Positions 28,567 to 39,137 of a DNA stretch of 64,000 nucleotides are shown here, piece by piece. The translations under genes were made by a program, and so were the position numbers. Location of the stretch: positions 43,028,001-43,092,000 of the forward strand of contig OX597821.1 of the NCBI GenBank assembly GCA_951406725.2. Direction: 5' to 3'. The notes under the pieces are model-generated. The model made no database searches. It was given only the letters and a program-made list of their open reading frames with translations, and was not told the DNA's origin. The first letter of the stretch is position 1; every line of letters starts with the position of its first letter. Source of the DNA: Octopus vulgaris. Taxonomy: Eukaryota.

Positions 28567-28803
28567 TTTCCTTTTCTACTCTAGGCACAAAGCTCGAAAT
28601 TTTGGGGGAGGGTGCCAGCCGATTAGATCGACCCCAGTATGTAACTGGTACTTAGTTTATCGACCCCGAAAGGATGAAAGGCAAGGTCGACCTCGGCGGA
28701 ATTTGAACTCAGCGGCGGAATTTGAACCTAGAACGTAAAGACAGACGAAATATCGATAAGCAGTTCGCCCGGCATGCTAACGTTTCTGCCAGCTCGCCAC
28801 CTT
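28567..28803 (-). mobile_element. SINE family B (alternative tail)
   Basis: Core plus ccctcccccaaaatttcgag tail on the minus strand. Confidence 0.8.
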
Positions 28804-29376
28804 AAAAGAAAACAGGAATTGAGAAAGAAAAAAACTAGCCCTTGGACTGCATGGCCATAGGATCGAGTACAACGTGAAGATCGTTCTAGTTATGAATGAT
28901 TGAAGGAATAATTAGCTAAAAGACAAGTGAATGAGTTAATTAAAGATTTTATACTCATAAATCATTGAAGAATAATACACAAAATATGACTTTAAAAATG
29001 CAAATGAAAGAAAATTAGTAGTGGTATCTCTATCTTTTTCTTCTTCTTTCGCTGGTTTCAATCATTGGCTTCAAGATTATACACTTTCAAGATTATACAG
29101 ATACGATATCGTGACCTTGTATCTATGCTAGAAAAATATACATTATCTTTCAGTCGGTTTGTGCTCCGATCGTCATGAATTGTCTTATTTTTAGATACGT
29201 ACATTACTCCAGTTTGGATTCGAACTAGAAAACTTTCTTTCTAAACTAAAGCTAAGTTTATTCTGCTGTGGTCAACTAAATAAAAGACGTTGATATTCTT
29301 TCTCGAGCACAGTGGATCCCAATCAGAAGTTCGTGAATGTAGTACTGGGGTCGGCAAGTTACAGCGTAAAATATAT

Positions 29377-30090
29377 AATAAAATTCCAAGCAGCGGGGCA
29401 AAATGAGTACGAACACGAACAAGACGTAACAATAAAACTGCAAAAATAAAAATACATGTACAAAAAATACAATTAATTACAAAACGAGAAAATAAAAAGG
29501 TCTTCGCCAGCAAAAGGCTTTTTCGTTCGTCCCCTTGTGTGTTTGATTTCCTGTATCGTTTTCTCTTTTTATTTTCTCGTTTTGTAATTAATTGTATTTT
29601 TTGTACATGTATTTTTATTTTTGCAGTTTTATTGTTTGTCTATGCCAGAAAAAAAGGCTTTTTCGTTCGTCCTCTTGTGTGTTTGATTTCCTGTATCGTA
29701 TTCTCTTTTTATTTTCTCGTATTGTAATTAATTGTATTTTTTGTACATGTATTTTTATTTTTGCAGTTTTATTGTTACGTCTTGTTCGTGTTCGTACTCA
29801 TTTTGCCCCGCTGCTTGGAATTTTATTTTAATTCTCTCGCAGGAAGGCCTATTGGATTAGTGTTCTGTCTCTGCCTTCGAAACATGCCTGACTCCACTAG
29901 CGACAGCTGATGACGGGGATTTTGTCCTTGTGTAGCTCGTCCTGTAATTGTTTTTCGTTTTCTTGTTTTTTGTTTTTTTGTTTTTTCCGTTTCTACGTCT
30001 TATTGTGATGTCCTGTACTCACGTATAATTATTTATATATGCATGTATATATACATGTAGATGTAGGTACGTACATATATGTTTGTATGT
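29377..30090. repeat. Inverted plus tandem duplication with degenerate hammerhead-like motifs (Penelope-like terminus)
   Basis: Arms 29377-29499 / 29705-29827; tandem units 29500-29637 / 29638-29775; gaaggc..gccttcGAAAC at ~29843-29883; CTGATGA at 29907. Confidence 0.7.
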
Positions 30091-30189
30091 ATGCATATAT
30101 ATTTTTATTTATCACCTTATTGTCTGACAGCGCCCCGAATCAGGTTCGTTCCGATTCGTCGTTTCGTTCCACTTCTTGGTTCCTTTTTT

Positions 30190-30238
<49 letters not shown>

Positions 30239-30286
30239 AGGGAAGAAATGGAGCCGAACGAAGATTCTACAAAATTCCTTTTTATT

Positions 30287-30371
30287 ATTTTCTACACATG
30301 TTTCAAAGGCTGCAAATTCCCAAATTCGGATTGAATAAGGAGACCTTTCTGCAGCTTTTCTTCAGGAAAAT
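30287..30371 (-). ncRNA. Type I hammerhead ribozyme motif (inverted copy)
   Basis: Reverse complement of the 31046-31131 motif with a 1-nt deletion at the base of stem II; core intact. Confidence 0.7.
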
Positions 30372-31045
30372 CCAGGAATTTAAAATCTCAAAACAGATGC
30401 GCAGCAAGCTTTTCGAACAAAACGCTCCCTAGGAGCCCATGGTAAAAATGGCACAAAACTGAAAAAAATTGTTTGGAAGGAATTTGGGAAAAATTTTGAA
30501 TTAAATTTGAAAGGGGAAATTACTCCCCTTTTAGCGTATGTTCTGCTACTTTTTTAGAAACAATATCAGGGATTATACTCCCCTTGTTTTTGACAAGTCA
30601 TCTGTATATAAACTGGTCATAGACGAACACACAGACACAGAATTTTATCAGCCGCTTGACCAGCATTGCCTACAATACAATATATTTTCTCTCTAGCTGC
30701 TTCCTAACATACTGCCACACATACATAGGTGCATACACACACACATACATGTACGTAGTTCCTCACACCCAAATAAGATAGCTGTCATTCTTAAAACAAT
30801 TTGAACATTAACACTAGTTATACAGAATATATTCACACTCTTTGGGTTTTGTGTGATTCTTCCCCTACCTGATTTGACCGTGGTTTGACCTAGGTTTATT
30901 CCAACGGATTTTTCGTCGGCCTTCACCCACTCTGACGTCAGCGCATATTGAGAGACAGTTTTGTGCCATTTTTACCATGGGCTCCTAGGGAGCGTTTTGT
31001 TCGAAAAGCTTGCTGCGCATCTGTTTTGAGATTTTAAATTCCTGG

Positions 31046-31131
31046 ATTTTCCTGAAGAGAAAGCTGCAGAAAGGTCTCCTTATTCAATCCGAATTTGGGA
31101 ATTTGCAGCCTTTGAAACATGTGTAGAAAAT
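31046..31131 (+). ncRNA. Type I hammerhead ribozyme motif
   Basis: Stem I attttc/gaaaat; CUGAAGA 31052-31058; stem II gaaagcugca/ugcagccuuu; GAAA 31114-31117; stem III AC-augu-GU; predicted cleavage after GUA at 31125; AATAAA immediately downstream. Confidence 0.75.
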
Positions 31132-31338
31132 AATAAAAAGGAATTTTGTAGAATCTTCGTTCGGCTCCATTTCTTCCCTTCACTAAATATATAAAACTCA
31201 ATTATCCGCGCTAAAGCACGGGGGCGAAACCCCATGGTCGTAACCTCAACCGTGTCTTTTCTGGTGTGATTTTTGCTACACAGGTATCGGTTAAATTTTG
31301 AATAATCCGTAACAAGATAATTCATTTATCCATTTCAT

Positions 31339-31397
<59 letters not shown>

Positions 31398-31615
31398 GTT
31401 ATCGCCATACTAATATGGCATTCTTATAAAAATAAGAAAAAAGCTGTCCGCTTATTAGCTCCATGAGGCCATCGCCTTAAGTTAGCTATTTGATACACAA
31501 ACTGTATCCATATAACGCTGTTCTCTTTTAGAGAGACTTAGTTATTTTAATATTTCTATTATATATATATATATACATATATAATATATATACATATATA
31601 TATACATGAATACAA

Positions 31616-31692
<77 letters not shown>

Positions 31693-31716
31693 CATATACA
31701 TATACATATACATATA

Positions 31717-32845
31717 CTAGCTGGTGTACCCAGTAATTCCCGGGGGTAACGATGTTCTATTGAAATGCCATATTAGTCTGATATAAGAAAGCAATTTCGT
31801 TATAACTACCATAAAATGTGTATTTTCCGTCACGAAAAATTACAAAAAACTGTCAGCTGAAGGAGGGAGAGATTGTTGGAGGTTGGCGAGAGAGGTTTTC
31901 GGAGGTTAGCGAGAAATATTGTCGGAGGTTGGCGAGAGGCAAAGCCACTATTCTGCTTAGCGAAGGCACCTGGGAAATGTATAACTGCAGTCATTCACAG
32001 AAAAAAATATTGTTTTACTGTGAGTAAAGCGCTGTTGAAGTGTTAAGTGAAATTTGGCAATCGAGGATCTAATCCACGCTATGCCTGCATGAAGCCACTA
32101 CAAATACGTTGTGGAATAAAAAAAAATTATCTACTGTCATGGAAAAAGTGTAACTATAAAAATGCAGAATTATCGGAGTAATGGGCATTCAAAAAAGTAT
32201 GTATGTATAGAAATGTATGAATGAAGTCTTTAATGTTTAAGATTCAAATTAAGGAAGTGCATTAATAATGTTTAGCAGTTCAAAACTGTGAGTAGTGAAA
32301 TGCAGAATTTGGTCGGCTGACCGTGAGAATCAAATATTGATCGCTTTGCTAAAATCTGCAGGTGTTAAGAGTTATTTCCCTTGGGTTGTTTAAATAAAAT
32401 ATTAGTAATATGTAGTAGATAGAAGGATCCACTGGAAGGGCTCTATTATCGATTTTTTCAAGAATCTAAGTATGTCACAAGGTTTCCAGACATGAGTTCT
32501 ACTCACATGTCAAATAAAGTATAAAAATGATATTGTCTGCAAAACTTAGAAATTGGACACACAAAAAATCAATATTCAAAGTAATCAAACATAAACAATG
32601 AAATGGGTTATTTTCCTTGAGTGTTTAAAAAAATACTGTACAGGTACTATGGGTTATTTCCCTTGGGTGTTTAAAAAAATTAGTTATATGAGGTAGATAT
32701 AAAGGTATTATCGAGTTTTTTCAACAATCTAAGTATGTCACATTTTACTAACGTGTCAAGTTTCATCAAAATCAATGAAACGATGTAGGAGGAGTTAGCT
32801 AACAACGCCACAAACAAACATACACCGATTTTCAACATATGCACA
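31717..32845 (-). mobile_element. Non-autonomous Helitron, family 2 (long copy)
   Basis: A|CTAGctggtgtacccagtaattcccggg terminus; homologous in reverse complement to 23594-24195, with extra internal blocks. Confidence 0.8.
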
Positions 32846-32861
32846 TACATATATATATATT

Positions 32862-32895
<34 letters not shown>

Positions 32896-32912
32896 CACAC
32901 TCACACACATAT

Positions 32913-33255
32913 AGGCACAGGAGTGGCTGTATGTTAAGAAATTTGCTTCGTGGCACCTTGAATCGATCAAAGCCTTGTGAGTGGATTTTGCAGATGGAAA
33001 CTGAAAGAAGCCTGTCGTATGTGTGTGTTTGAGTGTGCGTGTGTGTGTGAGTGTGCACGTGTGCGTGTGAGTATGTGTAAGTGTGCGTGTGTGTGATTCA
33101 GTCTATGTTCGTCGCCTATCCCCGCTTGGCAACCGATGTTGGTGTATTTACGTCCCCATAGCTGAGCGGTTCGGCAAAAAGATCCCACCACAAAATTCTT
33201 CAAGGCGATACTCTAGCATGGCCGCAGTTATAGACTGAAAAAGGAAAAAGATAAA
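32913..33255 (+). mobile_element. SINE family A, internally deleted
   Basis: ggcacaggagtggctg head and cagcatggccgcag-like tail. Confidence 0.75.
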
Positions 33256-33500
33256 GATATATATAATAGGAGCGTTTATATGTGTTAGATAGTGAGATTT
33301 AAATTCAAATTGCACAATAACCAGTATTTAGAACTCCGTGTATTTTCCTTAGCAATGGCAACACTGTTGCTAATTCAGTAAAATTACAAATGCGATTTAC
33401 AAATCTCTGAAGATTTGATTGGATATAGTTTACATTATATTACGATAACCTTTTGTTTCATACACACATCGTACGCATACACGTGCGCACATACACCCAC

Positions 33501-33549
<49 letters not shown>

Positions 33550-33854
33550 ATTTATTACTCAACCGAAAGAACTACCCATAGTTTCATGCTTTTATGATAC
33601 TTAACTAGACATATTTTTAAATTTGCCTAGTTGGTGTATCATTAGTACATGAAACTTGTCGTAACTCTTTCGATTGTGTATTCAATTTATATTTATCTCT
33701 CACTAGATGACTAGATGAAATACTTTTTTGATGATTCTACCAATATTGGATCTATTTCTCTCTCTCTCTCTCTCCTCTCTCTCTCGGGGACAAAAAATAA
33801 TGTCACAAAGGAATGAGAAAGTAGCCGATAAACAGACGTAAAGAAATCTGAATT

Positions 33855-33937
<83 letters not shown>

Positions 33938-33977
33938 TTGTACACCACCTGTCTTCGTCTTTTTTTTTTTTCTTAAA

Positions 33978-34098
<121 letters not shown>

Positions 34099-34110
34099 TA
34101 GATATATATA

Positions 34111-34667
34111 GGCGCAGGAGTGATTGTGTGGTAAGTAGTTTGCTTACCAACCACATAGTTCCAGGTTCAGTCCCACTGCGTGGCACCTTGGGCAAGTGTC
34201 TTCTACTATAGCCTCAGGCCGACCAAAGCTTTGATAGTGGATTTGGTAGACGGATACTGAAAGAAGCCCGACATATATATATGTGTGTGTGTGTGTATGC
34301 TTGTATTTATCCCCCCACCATCGCTTGACAACCGATGCTGGTGTGTTTACGACCCCGTAATATAGCGGTTCGGCAAAGGAGACCGATAGAATAAGTACTA
34401 GGCTTACAAAGAATAAATCCTGGGGTCGATTTGCTCGACTAAAGGCGGTGCTCCAGCACGGCTGCTATCAAGTGACTAAAACAAGTAAAAGAGTAACAAA
34501 AAGTGTAACAGGAGTGGCTGTGTGGTAAGTAGCTTGCTTACCTACCACATGGTTGCGGGTTCAGTCCCACTGCGTGGCATCTTGGGCAAGTGTCTTCTGC
34601 TATAGCCCCGGGCCTACCAATGCCTTGTGAGTGGATTTGGTAGACGGAAACTGAAAGAAGCCTGTCG

Positions 34668-34719
<52 letters not shown>

Positions 34720-34935
34720 ATTGTGTGTCTGTGTTTGTCCCGTAGCATTGCTTGACAACCGATGCTGGTGTGTTTACGTCCCCGCCACTTAGCGGTTCGG
34801 CAAAAGAGACCGATAGAATAAGTACTGGGCTTACAAAGAATAAGTCCCGGGGTCGATTTGCTCGACTAAAGACGGTGCTCCAGCATGGCCGCAGTCAAAT
34901 GACAGAAACAAGTAAAAGTGTAAAAAGAGTAAAAG
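34111..34935 (+). mobile_element. Two tandem SINE family A copies
   Basis: Units at ~34111-34495 and ~34509-34935. Confidence 0.85.
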
Positions 34936-35076
34936 AGTATATAGTGAAATTTTTTGTCTCATATGGTCCAATGCATTTTTTCTTTTCTTTTCCATTGAAA
35001 GTAATTGTTCTTTGTGCAACTCTGTATTGATTTGCTTTGAGTTTTTTTTTTACGTTTTACTTTCTTCCTGGATTAG

Positions 35077-35196
35077 GTTTCAATAGAACATGGTGCAACA
35101 CACTGTGGGATACTGCTTTGTGTTGGCCTCAGACACTAGCCAATGTCGTTGTAACTCTACAGTGTCCCAAGAACATTCCCGGAGTAAACACAAAAC
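35077..35196 (+). CDS. GPCR exon: hormone-binding domain (C..LWD..LCWP...CP)
   Basis: ttag|GTTTC...AAAC|gtaagt; 120 nt; [39 protein letters not shown]. Confidence 0.92.
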
Positions 35197-38100
35197 GTAA
35201 GTAATATTTACTGCTATTAGTAAACATCATATACCATTCTTTTATTTTTTTTGGGGGGTGGGGGGAGGTAATAATCAACGTGGAGGCACATGGCCTAGTG
35301 GTTAGAGCAGCAGACTCGCGGTCGAGGGATTGCGGGTTCGAATCTCAGACCGGGCGATGTGTGTGTTTATGAGCGAAATACCTAAGCTCCATGCAGCTCC
35401 GGCCCGGCAAAAGGTAATGGTGAACTTCTGCTAACTCTTTCGCCACAACTTTCTCTCACTCTTTCCTCCTGCATATTGCAGCTCACCTGCGACAGACCGG
35501 CGTCCCGTCCAGGTGGGGAACCTATACGCCAAGGAAACCGGGAAACCGGCCCTATGAGCCAGGCATGGCTTGAGAAGGAACAAACAATAATAATCAACAT
35601 TCATCCACATATCTTATGATGGAGGATGAATGAGAAAAATGATAGCTGAATGGATAAGGTGTCACACTATCTGGTCGGTCGACGGGTTGACGGTTCGTAT
35701 TGCGTTGCCGCCACCACACTGTCCATAACCAAATATTTATCTCTTGATAGTTTAGTAAATCTAAAAATAAAGAGATAAAACTGCAAATTAGATGTTTATA
35801 ACCAACAGCTCTTTATTGGTTTGCAATGGTGAGTTCAGATCCTCCTTCTTGCTTGAAAATAAGAGAAATTGTCGACAGTATTCATCCTCGAACATTTCTA
35901 TTTTAGTTTTTTGTATTTTCTGAACAACAGATCTGTCGTGGGTTATCGGTTTCTAATGGATTAATCATTGGTTCATTACATTTAGTATAGAAGGAGTGAA
36001 TTGGGATTATCTGTACAACACAAGAGGAGAATATCACAAGGACTTCATTTGATAGCACGTGGTTTTTCGGTTCTGTCGCTTATGTTTACAACTTTTACCG
36101 TGATACGTACCTGGAACAGACGCACACACCAGAACCATGTGCTTCCCAAGTAAACCCCTTACCTATACAGTCAGTCTCCCAAGGTCCCCTTATCAACTCA
36201 GTCCATTTTCCTATGAGATTCAAATCCAATCTCAATTAATAATAAGACCAACACTCAGATATCTGGGTCAGCTAGTCTTTGTAATATTGGTTTCACATTT
36301 TGGCACAAGGCCAGCAATGTCAGGGAGAGGCTTAGTCGATTACATTGATCCTAGTGTTTAACTGGTACTTATTGAAATGAACTTCATGCAGGCATAGCGT
36401 AGATTTGATCCTCAATCGCCAACTTTCACTTAACAGTTCAACGGCACTTTTCTTTTTTTCTTCTTAATTTAGTTGTAGTAATTTAATTCTAGTACTAGAG
36501 GTATTGAATTCAAAACTATGTTGGGAAGATGGTAGATTTTCTTGTGGTAGATTACTACCACGTCATCTGCTGAACATTGAGACTTTAGTGCAATGATATC
36601 CACAGAAGCAATATGTTTAAGATATAAATGACAAAGGGTATTCGTCTGAAGGCAGTATTTCTCTTAATTTAATTAGCAATGCTTAAATTAATAAATAATA
36701 ATTATGCAGTGAAGAAAAGACAACTTTACTCCCAATGACTAATATTATATAATTCAGTAATGTTAACTCATTGTTGCTTTTTTCCTTCTAGAGAATGCTA
36801 CACGTGTTTGCGATGAGAACGGCACCTGGAACGAAAAGGCGAACTATACCTCCTGTTTCACAGATGATTATAAAATAAATGTAACATCAATTTTAGCTTT
36901 CAACGTATGTTTCTTAATAGTTGCATCATTACCACCAAACTTTTGTTTATAAATTTATTTATTCATTTATTTATATTTATATTTACTGAAATTATCAAAT
37001 AGTTTGCTCTTCTTACATTTTACTTTCTATTCTTTACTATTTTATTTGGTAGAGAAATCACAATTCAGCAGGTCGGTGGAGTTCTTAAATTAAAAAATAT
37101 ACAATTACCCGTAAGTCACACCAGGCACCTACTTCCAAAATATGACTGTAGAGACGAAGACACTTGCACATTGGTCCAGTGGTTTACGAAGCTGAGGTCA
37201 CTTCAGTTCTAAAGGTTAAAAAAAAGTATATTGGTCTGTGTGAAAGTGATTTTTAAAAGCAGATGTGCAAATAACCAGTCTTCTTTCCCGTATATCCAAG
37301 GATATTGGATCTAAGACCAACTATGTCTCACACAGGCATCGTAGAACGATCCACTTCATACATTAATGTGTTAAGGAGGTGCAGAACCTACTGAATTCTA
37401 GATCGGATATTTTCACTAAATGCAAGCACCTGGATAAGTTTCTATTATCTAACTGGAGAGCACCACCCTCTCTGTATTAAGCATAGAGTTTCACAGACTT
37501 TAATCTGTTCCTGTCGAATATGTTCCAGACTTTAATCTGTTCCACGCCAACCATTGTTAATTCCCATTCTTACAAACTCAAAGGACACAACTCTTATCTC
37601 CCTTCCTTCCACACTTTTCTCTTGTTTCCTTTCCTCATTTATTTTTTCCTCTCGTTCTTTCTCATTTTTTCTCAGAGAACAGCCATGCTGTATTTTGAAA
37701 CTAAAAGACTGTCCCTGATAGTACACGGCACGCTATACAACCAATTAAGCAAATCTGTGTGTATGTGTGCGTGTGTGTGTATCTGTCTGTCTGTGTCTGT
37801 GAGTGTGTGTGTGTACACACACATATATATATAGTCAATTCAAAAAACAAACAATTAAAAAATAGAAAATAGAAGAAAACGAATGTGCGGACACGCACAT
37901 GAAATATATTAATTTTAGACTCAGTGAAAGGAAAGAGTTGTTAACGTTTCGAGCATAGCACTTCGTCGCAAAGAGAAAAGTCCAAAGAGAAAGAAGGAAA
38001 ATAAGGAAAAATCGCCAACAATCCACGTGCAGCTCCACGTGTGTATGTATATGTGTATATATATATATATATCCACACACACATACTGCACCCCCCCACA

Positions 38101-38339
38101 CACACACACACATATAGGCGCAGGCATGGCTGCATGGTAAGAAGCTTGCTTCCCAACCAAATAGTTCCAGGTTCACCCCAATGCGTGGCACCTTGGGCAA
38201 GTGTCTTCTACTGTAGTCTCGGGTCGACCAAAGCCTTGTGAGTGGATTTGGTAGACGGAAGCTGAAAGTCCGTCGTATATATATATATATATAAACACAC
38301 ACATGTGTATATATATATATATATATATAAACACACATG

Positions 38340-38416
<77 letters not shown>

Positions 38417-38912
38417 TTGTGGATGTCTTTGTGTCTATGTTTGTCTCCCACCATTGCTTGACAACCTATGGAAATGTATCGTAAGATTCATATGTAATCT
38501 GCACGAATGCACCCCTGAAACGATCGTTGGAACACCTTATTTTTCTATTACATCTTACCCAAAACTCCTTTCAATGCCTATTACTTTCTCTATATTATAT
38601 TTTGAACTTTTAAAGACGTCTTTTTTCTACATTTCATTATCTTTATCTATATTCTGTTATTATTTTTAGATATCTATATATCTGTATGTCCGTGTATGTT
38701 TTTAGCATTCATATATATTTTATATTTCTAATATATCAATATATGTTTCAGATTAAACAATTCTTATCTTACCTTAAATAAACCCGTATATGTATGTGAT
38801 AATCGTAGTCTGCCTAATTTGAACATTTTCTCTTATATCTATTATAGTTGTCTAGCACCTCGGGTTCGACTTGAGCACTTCTACGCCATCTACGTTTTCC
38901 GAAAGAAAATTA

Positions 38913-38985
<73 letters not shown>

Positions 38986-39100
38986 TGTGTGAAAGTTATA
39001 TAATATAATATATATATATTATATTGCGTGAAATTTGATTTAGTATTTCTAAATTGAATTTTTCCCTGTAAGTTAGGATTAATATTCCCTCAAATAACAG

Positions 39101-39137
<37 letters not shown>

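Larger units (their letters stand above)
30233..31185. repeat. ~230-bp near-perfect inverted repeat (30233-30461 / 30956-31185), probable Penelope-like pLTR pair
   Basis: Arms appear identical except for one indel; each arm carries a hammerhead motif. Confidence 0.9.

Noticed and set aside
33353-33410. Acceptor-like ttttccttag followed by ATG as the missing N-terminal exon
   Set aside because: All three frames stop quickly and there is no good donor in the required phase
35283-35360. Functional tRNA genes at SINE heads (also 43968)
   Set aside because: They continue into SINE bodies and lack a proper acceptor stem and terminator
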